From positions 27,776,001-27,840,000 of the forward strand of contig OZ024747.1 in NCBI GenBank assembly GCA_964016885.1: DNA of 64,000 nt. The letters run 5' to 3'. This DNA is from Eledone cirrhosa. Its lineage: Eukaryota. Shown piece by piece: positions 28,005 to 42,564 of the stretch. Both the position numbers and the translations under genes were made by a program. Every line of letters starts with the position of its first letter. The stretch's first letter is position 1. A model generated the notes under the pieces. The model saw only the letters and a list, made by a program, of their open reading frames with translations, ran no database searches and was not told the DNA's origin.

Positions 28005-28762
28005 ATAGCAGCAACCTCAACAACAGCAGCAGCAACAACAACAATAACAACAACAGCAACAACAACAGCAACATCAGCAATAACAACAGCAACAGTAGCA
28101 ACATCAGCAACAACAGCAACATCAGCAACAACAACAGCAATATCAGCAATAACAACAGCAACAGTAGCAACATCAGCAACAACAACAGCAATATCAGCAA
28201 TAACAACAGCAACAGTAGCAACATCAGCAACAACAGCAACAACAGCAACAACAGCAACAACAGCAACATCAGCAATAACAACAGCAACATCAGCAATAAC
28301 AACAGCAACATCAGCAATAACAACAGCAACATCAGTAATAACAACAGCAGCATCAACAATAACAACAGCAGCATCAGCAATAACAACAGCAACATCAACA
28401 ATAACAACAGCAACATCAGCAATAACAACAGCAACATCAGCAATAACAACAGCAGCATCAGCAATAACAACAGCAACATCAGCAATAACAACAGCAACAT
28501 CAGCAATAACAACAGCAACATCAGCAATAACAACAGCAGCATCAACAATAACAACAGCAACATCAGCAATAACAACAGCAACATCAGCAATAACAACAGC
28601 AGCATCAACAATAACAACAGCAACATCAGCAATAACAACAGCAGCATCAACAATAACAACAGCAGCATCAGCAATAACTACAGCAACATCAGCAATAACA
28701 ACAGCAGCATCAGCAATAACAACAGCAACATCAGCAACAATGACAATAACAGCAGCAACATC
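28005..28762. repeat. (AAC/AGC/ATC) trinucleotide-derived satellite, 21-bp higher-order unit
   Basis: aacatcagcaataacaacagc repeated. Confidence 0.95.
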
Positions 28763-28807
28763 ATGATTTTTAATATATAAATATATTAGCATTATTCATT
28801 GATGTTG

Positions 28808-28992
28808 GGCGGTGGATTGGCAGTATCGGTAGAGGGTCGGACGCCATGCTTTCCAGCATAGTTACGTCCCTTTACGATCTGAGTTCAAATCCCGCCGAGG
28901 TTGACTTTGCCTTTCATCCTTACGGGGTCGATAAAATAAAGTACCAGTAATGCACTGGGTAATTGCTGGCCTTGTGCCTAAAGTAGAAACAA
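28808..28992 (+). mobile_element. SINE family A (tRNA-like head), full copy
   Basis: B-box GAGTTCAAATCC; core GCCTTTCATCCTTACGGGGTCGATAAAATAAAGTACCAG; 17-bp TSD attattcattgatgttg. Confidence 0.9.
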
Positions 28993-31115
28993 TTATTCAT
29001 TGATGTTGCCTTCTTATAAATTCCTATCTTTTCACCTTATCATGGACTTGGCTATGGTGTGTAGTGGAACAATTATTGTGTATCTATGCACACACACACA
29101 CACGCATATATATATATACACATACATGCACAAACACACTTACATATGCATATACATATATACAAGCATGTATATACAAGCATTTTTATACATATACACA
29201 TACATGAATACATGGTTGTTGAGTGTTGTTGTTGGTGGTGGTGATGGCAGCTGTTGTGTTGTTGCTGTTGTAGATAGTAATGGTACCGGTTGTTATTGTT
29301 AGAGGTGGTTTGGTGTTGGTGACGTGGTGTTGGTGGTGTGGGGCTACTGCTGCTGGTGCTTGTACTGGTTTTGGCATTGGTGGTGATATTGGTACCTTAA
29401 GTCAACCCTCCCACCCCACTTTCTGAAAGGGTGAAAGACAAAGTTGGGTATGGCTTCAACCAAGAGTGCAGTGAACCAGAACAAATGCCAAAACGTCTTT
29501 AATGCCCAAACAACTCAGCCCATATGTCATCTTCGATAACAATATAGAGTAGAAGATAACATAACAGGGTAGATAGTATACCCAGGCATATGACAGTATA
29601 TCATGGTATATGGTAGTATATCATGATATATGGCACTCTATATCTGGGTAGATGACAGTATATACAAAGGTATATGACTGTATACACCAGGGTAGATGAC
29701 AGCCAATTCGTCATCTTAGAGTAGAAGACAACATTACAGGGTAGGCAGATATCCAAGCATATGACAATACAACATGGTATATAGAGGTATATCATGATAT
29801 ATGGCACAATATACCAGGGTATATGACAGTATATATCTGAATATATGATCAAGATATATGACAGTCAATATAGTTGGGTATATGACAATATATACAAAGG
29901 TATATGACTATACACCAGGGTAGATGACAGTATATACAAGGATAGATGACTGTATACACCAGGGTAGATGACAGAATATACCAGAATAGATGACTATATA
30001 TACCAGGGTATATGTCTGTATATACCCTGGTATATACAGTATAGCAGTATAATGTAGTATAATATAATATAAGTTAGTATAATATGGTATAACATAGTAT
30101 GGCATAAGGTAAACGTAAATAGTATGGCATGGTATAACATGGTATAACAATATAACAACAACTAAAATTAATATCATGTGATAAAAGAATATATAACACA
30201 CTATTTATGCAATATAAAATAACATTGACACAATGGAACATATAACACATTTAACAATATGATATGAATACTGTATTATATTGTTTTATATTATATTAAA
30301 TATCATCACTATCATCATCATCATCATCATCATCTACATCATCATCATCATCATCATGAACATCATGAACATCACCCCCACCACCACCACCACCACCACC
30401 ATCATTAATATCTTACCCATTTTCCATGCCAACCCATACCAGGATGGAAAACAGATGTTAAATAATAATGATAAAAATATTTAATATAACACTATATAAT
30501 TTAATACAAAATAATTTCATTTCATTAAATATAATGTAATATAATATAATATAATATAATAATTGTTTCTACTTTAGGCACAAGGCCAGCAATTACCCAG
30601 TGCATTACTGGTACTTTATTTTATTGACCCCGTAAGGAGAAAGGCAAAGTCATATAATAATATAATATAATATAATATAATATAATAATATAATATAATA
30701 TATACTAAATGTGTGTTTGTGTGTATTGTAAATGGAGGTCCATTTACAATACTCCAGTGTTCCAATCAATGGAACAGCCTACTGGTGAAATTAACATGAA
30801 AGTGGCTGAGTATTCAACAGATATGTGTAACCTTAACGTAATTTCAAAGATCTAGCACGCCATAATACTGGACAAGAAGGTACAATCCATCTTGTATTTG
30901 AAAAACAGGTACAGTCCATCTTGTATTATAGTGCAAGTAACTCAGTATTTAACAGATAGATGTACCATAAACATAATTCTCAGGGAGATTCAGTATGAAA
31001 CAATGTATGACAAAGATGGACTTTTGAATATCTGGCACAGTCCTGTTAAATATTGGGTTACTAATACAAGATGGATTGTAGTGCAAATAGCTGAATATTT
31101 CAGACACATGTACCA

Positions 31116-31331
31116 TTAACCCTTTATCATTTACATTACTCTATATATACTATTGTATTTTCATGGTAAAAGCTTTATCTCACATAATATCGAATCTATG
31201 AGATTTTTATATTATTTATTTTGAGAACAATACCTTAACATAAGTATGAGCAGCCGGTTACAGCAGTTTTGAACAGAAAAAGGTGAGAGAATTCTGGTCA
31301 GATATGGCCAGTTTATATGCTAAAGGGTTAA
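31116..31331. mobile_element. piggyBac-type MITE
   Basis: TTAA|CCCTTTATCATTT ... ATGCTAAAGGG|TTAA; splits an older repeat at a TTAA. Confidence 0.85.
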
Positions 31332-31733
31332 TATAATTATCAGGGAAATTCAGACAGTGCATGACAAGGCTAGCCCTTTGAATTATGGGCACAAGCTTCC
31401 AAACAGTTTCCATCTATCCAATTTCACTTACAAAGATTGGTTCAACGTGAAGCCTTTTTAAATGACACTTGCTCAGAACCTAATGATCGCGTGGCAAACT
31501 TCTTTATCATTTGACGATGATGCATGTGTATGTGTGTGTGTATATATATATAATAAAAGTAACAAAGATCGCTGGTATAAATTCAGTGTCTTCCGGCTAG
31601 CATCTAGCTCACACAATGAATCTGGCGAATTGAAGTAATGCAGCTGCAGTCAGCTGTTCAGAGTGCACACATTTAGTTAATAGCAGACATGTTGGCTGTG
31701 TTTAGGTAGAGATACAAGTAAATATCTCATCTA

Positions 31734-31856
31734 CTGGGCGACATCGTTTCTATGTAATATAACTTCACAAATGCAGATATTACATCTGCAATGTTCAGAA
31801 AGTCACGCAAAATCAGTGGATATTTACGTAATGGGGCTATTACACGTCTTCAGCAG
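31734..31856 (-). ncRNA. Degenerate hammerhead motif with ~95-nt stem II domain
   Basis: CUG-CUGAAGA-c-GUGUAAUA...UAUUACAU-a-GAA-ACGA(ug)UCGC-C-CAG; the cleavage triplet reads GCC instead of GUC. Confidence 0.55.
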
Positions 31857-32025
31857 GTTGCCCAAATCATACGATAGGTCCATGCAGTGTGAGTTAGCCA
31901 TCACTACTGGATAAGCTATCTAGCAGTTCATATAGTATATATAGTTGAAAAATGAACAAATAAAACACAGGAGGCAATTTTTTCACAGTTATATTAGGTT
32001 CACGCTTGGTGGAAAAGGGTGGAGG

Positions 32026-32061
32026 TTTCGACATTCTGGACAGAAATCCTTCTTCAGGAAA
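32026..32061 (-). ncRNA. Degenerate minimal hammerhead, relative of 6329-6364
   Basis: UUUC-CUGAAGA-a-GGA(uuucug)UCC-aGAAuGUC-GAAA; the flank cagttatattaggtt matches the 6256 family. Confidence 0.5.
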
Positions 32062-32503
32062 TTCCAGATAAGGGAAGAACAGATACATGAATAGTAAGGG
32101 AAAGTTAGGGAAGGAAAAAAAAAAAAAAAAATTACTTATAGAGTTCCCCAACCATGGTTTCTGGAATTCAAAAAACAATATTGACCATTCCAAGACATTT
32201 GAATAACCAATATTGGAAGAATTACAATTCTTTGGAATAAGAAGAATTCTTTGGAATAAGAAGAGAAGTTGAATATATCTCATACACACCATGTTATTGC
32301 TGAACGATTGGTGTCCAGCATCTTATGTTGTTGAATTACTATATGAATATATCCCACTCAATGTATTAGGAGAACATGAGTTTATATATATATATACACA
32401 GGGAGTGTAACATAAAGTTACTGTAGGTTCATCCAGGTGAGCACTTGATGTTTAGATTCACATCAGTAGCGAGGTCTTGAGCTAGACAGAATGTGTAAAT
32501 AGT

Positions 32504-32846
32504 ACAAGGACGATTTGTTAAGCCTTCATTACAATTATTGATTAGTGACATGCGTTTCACTATTGATCAGCTCAAGGTTCGATCTGTATCGGTCTGGCCC
32601 AACTCTGGAATCAAAAGCTCGTCAGACCTCTGTTGCAGTAATGACCGAATGAACATACATGGCATAAATGAATGTCAGACATTTATGCCATGTATGTTCA
32701 TTCAGTCATTACTGCAACAGAGGTCTGACGAGCTTTTGATTCCAGAGTTGGGCCAGACCGATACAGATCGAACCTTGAGCTGATCAATAGTGAAACGCGT
32801 GTCACTAATCAATAATTGTAATGAAGGCTTAACAAATCGTCCTTGT
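32504..32846. repeat. Inverted repeat, 167-bp arms, 9-nt loop
   Basis: Two mismatches seen, both C/T at CpG. Confidence 0.95.
32722..32806 (+). ncRNA. Hammerhead motif with long stem II (mirror copy on minus at 32544-32628)
   Basis: GGU-CUGACGA-GCUuUUGAU...AUCAAuAGU-GAA-AC(gcgu)GU-C-ACU. Confidence 0.65.
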
Positions 32847-32889
32847 TAGCATGAAAGATGGATGTTAAACGATGATGATGATGATGATG

Positions 32890-32945
<56 letters not shown>

Positions 32946-33367
32946 CAACCACCTAGTGCTTCAGGAAGTCTAAATATCTATACCTATTTATTTATGTATG
33001 TTTACCAATGTATCTATATTTAGACAAGAACAACAATAACAACAAAGCATGAACCCCAATAGCAGTCGGAACCTAGAGAAATAAATAGAGAGGTATGTAG
33101 ATAGAGCAATGTCATCATAATTTAATAGATATATGTTTTATAATGATTAAAGAAAATAAATGAATGTAAATTGAAATACCACAAAAGCCAGAGCAACAAG
33201 AGAAAAAAGAGATTCAAGCATTTTTTTATGAAATGTAGTCATCAAGGAATTATTAAATTAAATATCTAATATCTTTTACAATTACTATACTTATATATAT
33301 ATATACCACCCTTGCAAGCAGGGAAAAGCGGACGTAAAATGATGATGATGATGATGATGATATACAT

Positions 33368-33470
33368 ACAGGGTGTCCCAAAAAATGTATAAACACTTTG
33401 ATTACCTGTACAGGCAATATCTATTAGAATGCTGTTGAAGTGAGTATACTTTTTGTGGGGACACTTTATA
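33368..33470. mobile_element. Tiny Tc1/mariner-type MITE
   Basis: TA|CAGGGTGTCCCAAAAAATGTATA ... TATACTTTTTGTGGGGACACTTTA. Confidence 0.65.
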
Positions 33471-33527
33471 TATATATGTTTTGAAAAGCGATATTGAAAT
33501 TAGAAATAGAAGCTTTTGCCGTACTTT

Positions 33528-33667
33528 TGACTAAAGAAATTTTAGCCTGCTAGTGGGGTTTAGAACCCTCTAAGAAATGGAAAAAGATGAGTATTGATGT
33601 TAATACTCATCTTTTTCCATCTTCTTGAGGGTTCTAAACCCCACTAGCAGGCTAAAATTTCTTTAGT

Positions 33668-33669
<2 letters not shown>
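33528..33669. repeat. Inverted repeat, ~68-bp arms, ~6-nt loop
   Basis: tgactaaagaaattttagcctgctag... / ...ctagcaggctaaaatttctttagtca. Confidence 0.92.
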
Positions 33670-33717
<48 letters not shown>

Positions 33718-33927
33718 TATATAATGAAAGGGTTATACCCATATCTTATCACCCATTGATTTACTGCAATTCCACATTTATCATAAAAATATACCCAGTA
33801 TTTTATGCAACCACTGTAAACTGCACCTTCAATCACGTTCTACCTTTAACTACTAACTTTATGTTTAACTATTCACCCCTGCTGCACCTGCAATATAACA
33901 TATAACACATCACATGTCTTGTTGGTG

Positions 33928-33961
<34 letters not shown>

Positions 33962-34781
33962 AGAGATAGATAGATTGAGAGAGAAAGAGAGAAAAAGAGA
34001 GATTGAGAGAGAGAGAGAGAGAAATAGAGAGGTAAATAGAGAGATTGAGAGAGAGAGAGAGACAGGGAAGGGGAGAGAGAGAAAGAGAGTGACAAATAGA
34101 TAGATAGACGATGCCATTGACAAACAATGCTGGTATGATCATTTGCTTCATCTTCCTCATTTTTTTGTCTTACATTTGTGTTCCATGGGTTCTTTAATAT
34201 TTTAGAACAGATTTGAGTGAGCATTGTACTCGTGTGACAGACAAAGGAAAAGGTCCATGCAGCTATTATAATATTATAATATCTAATATAACATCAATAT
34301 ATAATATAAATATATAATATGAACTAAATATGTGATGGATTGAACTCAGAATCGAAGTATTTAGAATAAAATAAGACAATCATATCTGGTCATGTGAAAA
34401 AGGTACCGGTACAACACTGATCACATGGTTTGTCTTGGTGTGTGTATGTGAGTGTGTATGTATGTATGTTTGTGCATCAACCTGTTGGTAGGTGTGCGAC
34501 ACTAAATATGTGTCTATGGGAAACTGCATAGTGGTGATGGTGGTGTGTATCTATCTATCTATATATATATAGGCGCCACGAAAAAGCACCCAGCACTCAC
34601 TGTAAATGAGGTTGGTGTTAGGAAGGGCATCCAGCTGTAGAAATCAAGCCAGATCAGTTCCTGTATGAGCAAGGCATGGTCAGCCGACCAGACACTGCAC
34701 ACAACAGGACAACCCGTCTAACCCATGCTAGCGTGGAAGAACGGGTGTAAAACGGTGATGATGATGATGATATATATATAT

Positions 34782-34899
34782 ATAGGAACGAGTAGGACCC
34801 CGACGGCTGAGCTCAAGCCGTTTCGACAGCTAATTCTGGACTCAGAATTAGACGTCGAAACGGCTTGAGCTCAGCCGTCGGGGTCCTACTCGTTCCTAT
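34782..34899. repeat. Inverted repeat, 46-bp arms around a central hairpin
   Basis: ataggaacgagtaggaccccgacggc... / ...gccgtcggggtcctactcgttcctat. Confidence 0.92.
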
Positions 34900-34975
34900 T
34901 ACCCACTCTACTACCCTAAGTATTGAGTACTTTGGTGCGTTATGGTCCACCTGGTTCCTTACCACATTTCCTTCG

Positions 34976-35019
<44 letters not shown>

Positions 35020-35040
35020 GTATTTATATATATATATATG

Positions 35041-35090
<50 letters not shown>

Positions 35091-35982
35091 ATACATATAC
35101 ATATATTTGTGTGAAGGTGTATACTCAAATATACATACATTCATACATACATAAATATATACACATACATGCATAAACACCCATATATATATATATATAC
35201 AATACATACCATATATATACTCATACATATATTTGTGTTTTATTCGATTTATTTACAAGTGTCTCTTCATATTAGTTGTATTATATATCAATTTATATAT
35301 ACAGTCTTCCTCCCTTTACATAGTCTTCTGCTCCCAGTTGTAGCTCAAATTCCTCCTCCTTCATCGAATACCATCTCAACATTCAATGACAGAAGTGCCT
35401 TCTGTAGGGCACTGCCACATGCCACACCTGCTCATTCCCTCAGATCCTTGATTCCTCCTTTCACTGGGCAACCATTCCAGCATGGAAAGTGGGATGCCTT
35501 CCCACCTGCCAGCCTTCCTTGTTGCAGACCCCCCCCCCCCCCACCCACCCACCCACACACACACACTCTCACACCATGCCATATGAACTACATCATGTTA
35601 TCTGACCCGCCTCATCTCAGAATGTGGCAACTCATCTAACTCAAAGATGGGAAATAGATGATGATGATATATATATATATAAATACATATACCCCTATAA
35701 CAAATTGCTTGCTCTCTCACGATGCTGATGCCATAACAAAAAGCACCTAACTCATCCTGTACAGTAGTAGTGTTCATGTCATGACAAATGCACTCATTCC
35801 ACTCCTGTAAAGTGGTCGTTCTAGTGACATGACAAATGCACCCTATCCATCTTGTAAGGTAGTTGGTGTTAGGAAGAGAATTCAGCCTTAGAAAAGCAAT
35901 CTAAAAACAGATTGGTCACCTGACCTGCCTGGCTTCATAAGTATGGAAAATAGATGTTAAACAGTGATGATGTATGTGTGTG

Positions 35983-36016
<34 letters not shown>

Positions 36017-36088
36017 AACACATATATATATATATCATCATCATCATCATCATCTTCGTTTAACGTCCATTTTCCATGCTAGCATGGG

Positions 36089-36143
<55 letters not shown>

Positions 36144-37403
36144 TATATATGCCTATATATATATATAATATATATGTGTGTGTGCAATATATATATATGT
36201 GTGTGTGTGTGTATCAAATGAAGCAATGGAATAAAGGAGTTGTGTTAATCCCTGTAATGAGCTAAAGGAAATTATTCCAGGCTCTTCAATATATATATTT
36301 ATATATATATATAAATATATATATATATAAAATTGCAAATATTATCTTTCTAAATCTGATTCTTTTCAGTTCTACAGGTTTTGATAGTTTGATAGCTAAG
36401 AAATGTGTGTTTGTGTATGTTGGCCCTCAGTCAGTTCTGACATTGAGTGTCTTAGTTGTATGATCAACAGAACAGTCTACTCATGAAATTAATACACAAG
36501 TGTCTTAGAATTCCACAGACACGTGTATCACTACAAGGAGATTTGATGTGACACAATGTGTGATAGGGCTGGCTCTTTGAATTACAGGGCCTGGCTTTTT
36601 TTTTTTTTTTTTTTTTTTTTTTTCAAGCTGAGTGGACTGGAGCAACATGAAATAAAGTGTCTTGTTCAAGGAAACAACTTACCACCTCGTATAGATAATT
36701 TAACACATGACTCTATGATCATAGCCTCATCACTCTACCCACTAAGCTATATGCCTTCACCTACATACATAGGTAGGGACATACCCACAAATACATATGT
36801 TCATAGGTATATAGATATAGGTATATATTGAAAGGTGTATATATAATATAGAAGAGCCCTTGTGGTACTGCTACTATCTTCTTCCTCACTATTCTATGTA
36901 TGTATGTATATGAGTGTGTGTATATGTATGTATGTATATATGTATGTATATATATATCTATGAATGTATGCATGCAATCATGTATGTATGTATATATGAA
37001 TGTATGCATGCAATCATGTATGTATGTATGTATGTATATATGTATGTATGAATGTATGTATGCAATTATGTATGTATGTATGTATATATATATATATGTA
37101 TGAATGTATGTATGCAATCATGTATGTATGTATATATGTATGTATGTATGAATGTATGTATGCAATCATGTATGTATGTATATATGTATGTATGAATGTA
37201 TGTATGCAATCATGTATGTATGTATGTATATATATATGTATGTATGCAATCATGTATGTATGTATATAATTAAACTGCTGCTAATTTATCCATATAATTA
37301 CTTTATATATATATGCAAAATGTAAACAGAAATAACAAAGCAATCGACACAGTACAATGAAGAAATATATCAGTTTAACGCTTGATATAGTAGGAAACAT
37401 ATA

Positions 37404-37486
<83 letters not shown>

Positions 37487-39229
37487 ATAAAATGTGTATC
37501 AGTAACCAGGTAGTTAGATGGAAATACTTCTAAATAGTATTTGTAGTAATGGTGGTGTGGTGGTGGTGGTGGTGGTGGTGGTGGCGGTGGCGGCGGTGGT
37601 GGTTGTGCATTGTAGTGATGGTAGTGATGGTAAGGATGGTAAGTGTTGTGTCGATGAGGGTAGTGATAGTTATGGAGGTGGTGGTTATGGTGGTGATAGT
37701 GATGGTGGTGTGGGTGTTGGTAATGATGGTGAAGGTAGTGGTGGTGATGTGTAATACTGAAGAAATACTCTGATTAATAACAACAGTGCCTGTGTAGTAA
37801 ACATGACACAAACATGACTCCATTAAACTGCATTAATGCAGCTAAGAAATCTATGACAGTGATATTAGTCAGAGACATGTGTGTGTGTGTGTGTGGTTTC
37901 ACAGATACATACATACATACACACACACACACCTACACACAGGCATACACGCACACACAGGTACAGGTTCACATATACACACATACTTATAAACATACAC
38001 GGACACATATAAAGAAACAGACATAGATATGCTCACATACACACAGGAGTACATATACACTCACACATACGCACACACTCACAGATAGACACACAGAAAC
38101 ACATGCACACACACAGAGCCTTCCTCCACAATCACACATGGGGTGGGGGCACATACATAAACACACAGACATACAGGCAAGCATGTGTTTAGATAATAAC
38201 AAACTACTATAGTTACACTCTTAAATATTACAGATACACACACACACACACAAACACACACACAGACATACACAAACACACACACACACACACACACAAA
38301 CATACACACAAGCACACACATACATACATACACTCTCTCTCACACAGACACACACAGACATACACAGACACACACAGACACACACAGACACAGACACACA
38401 CACAAACACACACACAAACACATAGACACACACACTCACGCACACACACACACACAGAGGCACGGACACACAGATATACACAAACATACACAGGCATACA
38501 CAGACATACACATACACAGACAAACACACAGACACACCCAATCATGTTTGTTTAGGTTAGAACCAACCACTTTACTCATACACTCCCAGATATTACAGGT
38601 GTGTGTTTTGGTAAAGAGGCACCACCATAGAACTGACACTCCCCAACACCACCACCACCACTATAGTACTTCCACTCCCCACCACCACCATAGAACTGAC
38701 ACTCCCCAACACCACCACCACCATAGAACTACCACTCCTACCACCACCACCATAATACTTCCACTCCCCACCATCACCACCATAGAACTAACACTCCACA
38801 CCACCACCATCACCACCATAATACTTCCACTCCGCACCACCACCACCACCACCGCCACCACCACCATCATCATTATTCCTCACTCTCTTTCTGCTACTTT
38901 CTCCCACAAATAAACAGATAGGATCACATTACACACACACATACACACACACACTCTCTCACACACACACACTCAAATTCTTCCTTTTACTATTGCACCC
39001 TTCCATTTTTTTTTCTTTTGACTATTCCTTCTTCTTCATTTCTTTCTCTTTCTTCTTCCTTTCCTTCATTTTTTCTCTCTTTTTCTCTTTGCTTCTTTCT
39101 CTCTGCCTTTCTTCCTTACTTCCAAGCAGTTTTTGGTCTTGTTTGGAATTGTGCATTTAATATGCATTACACCTTACTGCTTTACTCATATCATGTAAAC
39201 TCTGTTTCTATCTCTCTCTCTCATATATA

Positions 39230-39305
39230 TACAGGGTGTCCCCAAAAATGTATATGTACTTTCATTACTTTGATGTTGAAGTATGTATACATTTTTATGG
39301 GACGC

Positions 39306-39311
<6 letters not shown>
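39230..39311. mobile_element. Tiny Tc1/mariner-type MITE, related to 33368
   Basis: TA|CAGGGTGTCCCCAAAAATGTATA ... TATACATTTTTATGGGACGCTATG|TA. Confidence 0.65.
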
Positions 39312-39373
<62 letters not shown>

Positions 39374-39542
39374 TATACATATATATATGTATATATATAC
39401 ATGTGTGTGTGTATGGGAGTGTGTACTTGTATTCTAATAAGTGTACTATGGCACTATTCCTGGCACAACTCTCTATCAGAGTAGAACAGAACATGTCACC
39501 AACTTAGCAACTATGATAATACCTACATACTTATATATATAT

Positions 39543-39648
<106 letters not shown>

Positions 39649-39991
39649 ATATATATATATATATACTCACATATATAATGTAGGGTATATGTACTTTTGG
39701 AATTTTAAACACATACACTCATATATAGACAGACACACGCACACACACATATGCACATATACAAATACACTGAACATAGCAACTAAGATAATTTATATAT
39801 TATGATACAGAGTGTATGTACTTTAGGAATTTTAAATGCAGAGACACTTGCATATTCACACACATACACGTATGCATACACACACATTCACACATAGACA
39901 CCCACTAGTCTTGGACAACACCTAAATCTCCCCCTCCCCCTTGCTCTAACTGTTAATATATATTTCATTATAGATAGATTGACAGGCAAAC

Positions 39992-40046
<55 letters not shown>

Positions 40047-40047
40047 C

Positions 40048-40093
<46 letters not shown>

Positions 40094-40556
40094 AGAGAGA
40101 GAGGGGGGGGGTGGACAGATTAATAGATAGGAAGGAGAAAATTATTATTATTAATATTAATATTAAAAATAAAGTAAAAGTTATTTCTATTGATGAAGAT
40201 GATGAAGACAGGGATGATATTACACTTGGGGCTAAACAACAACTACAACAGCAACAACAAGGTTTTAGCCAATGTCTTGTTATTCATTGTAGCAGGTGAT
40301 GTGAGCAGGATTAAACTCACACACACGCACACAAAAACATACACATAGACACTCACACACACATACATGCTTACATACATACATACATATCATCATCATC
40401 ACCATCATCATCGTATATATATATAGATATACACATGCACACATATATGTATGTATATATATATATATAGACATATATAATATACATGCATACTTATACA
40501 TATACATACACATACACACATATATATTTGCACACACGCAGACACATGCATCCACT

Positions 40557-40609
<53 letters not shown>

Positions 40610-40614
40610 GTATA

Positions 40615-40657
<43 letters not shown>

Positions 40658-40777
40658 TTGTATGTACACATACACACATGCACAGTTACATGAATACATG
40701 TATACCTTTCACACACGTGTTTGCATGCATACGCATGCATGCAAATGCATATATGAATATTTATATATATATATATA

Positions 40778-40844
<67 letters not shown>

Positions 40845-41080
40845 ACGTATGTATGCACACATACACACAAACATGTGGCTGTACACACACACGCCCACAT
40901 ACACATGGACATGTGCACACATATACACATGGACATGTGCACACATAAACATGCATATGTGCACGCACACACATACACATGCACACAGATGAACACATGC
41001 ACACACACATACACACACACAGATACCTGAAAATGGATTTAGCAACCATTCCGGTTAGAATTTTGATAAAATAAACTTAC

Positions 41081-41090
41081 CTTCCTCATT
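41081..41090 (-). other. Candidate 10-nt microexon
   Basis: ccattaccatttacag|AATGAGGAAG|gtaagt in a unique island between microsatellites. Confidence 0.35.
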
Positions 41091-41189
41091 CTGTAAATGG
41101 TAATGGCTGGAATATGTCTTATATCCAATTTTCAATTTATTGCACCCTACCTTTCTATCTATCTATCTATATATCTACATACAGACACA

Positions 41190-41246
<57 letters not shown>

Positions 41247-41317
41247 CTATTTATAGGTGAGAAGCTATGCCAATGACTTGAGGGTCAGAAGTTTCGTGCT
41301 TAACGGCATATCACTAC

Positions 41318-41414
<97 letters not shown>

Positions 41415-41830
41415 TCTATATATATGTATATGCGTTTGTTTTTCTTTTCCCCTGTGGAAGGTGTATATACACAGTATGAATATATATATATAAGTATATA
41501 TATGTGTGTATATCCTGTGATGGTATCCTTTATATATATAAGTATATATATATATATATGTATGTATATATATATATATGTATATATATACACACACACT
41601 GTCCGCTCTGTTTATTTGTTTGTTTGTTTTTCCAACTGCTTCACCCGTGCAATAAAGGAATTGCTATAGCAGCACCATCGGCAGCAGCAGCAGCTGCAGT
41701 AACAGCACCAGCAGCAGTAGTAGGAGCAATAGCAGCAGCAGCAGCACCAGAAGATAAAGAGGGTGATAATGATGATAGTGATGATATTGTAATAGTAGTT
41801 TGTCTTAGTTGGTTGTGACAGAAGAATACC

Positions 41831-41910
<80 letters not shown>

Positions 41911-42038
41911 AGTACATAAGGGAGAGAGAAAATAAGTACAAAAGAGAGAAAGAGAGAGAAGGAATAAGTGAAAGAAAAAGAGAGGGGATGAAGTATAGAA
42001 GAATGGGATAGAGAGAAAAGACATGAAACAAGAGAACA

Positions 42039-42084
<46 letters not shown>

Positions 42085-42564
42085 CAAGATAGCCGGCTAT
42101 ACCGACTGATAGACTGACAGACAGACTGATAGATACACAGATAGACTGAGAGAGAGACAGATAGAGTGACAGATAGACAGAGTGACAGATAGATAGGCAG
42201 ATACAAGCTAACTGACAGATAGACAGAGAGACAAACTGACAGACAGATAAATACATAGACAGACAGAGAGACTGACATACAGACAGACTGACAGACAGAT
42301 AAATACATAGACAGACAGAGAGACAGACAGATAGACAGACAAATTTCTGTTTATTTGCCACTAGGGCACAAAAGAAAGGGACATGTACATGGGTGGGGGG
42401 AGTTTACATAAAAATCGAGTAAGAAAAATGTAATAAGTAAAATTTTAACAAGAAGGTCCTCAATAGGGAGGGATCGTTTTGGGGTCACACACACCCCCGA
42501 AAAAAATGTGCGACCCTTCTCCACGGGAGCACAAAGAGAGGGTGCTCCCTTCTTCCTTTTCCAC

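Noticed and set aside
27904-28792. Asn/Ser-, Leu- and Val/Ala-rich ORFs of 256-280 aa
   Set aside because: Translations of a trinucleotide satellite.
32538-32783. 81-aa ORF across the palindrome
   Set aside because: Chance ORF in a non-coding fold-back; non-ATG start and no protein motif.
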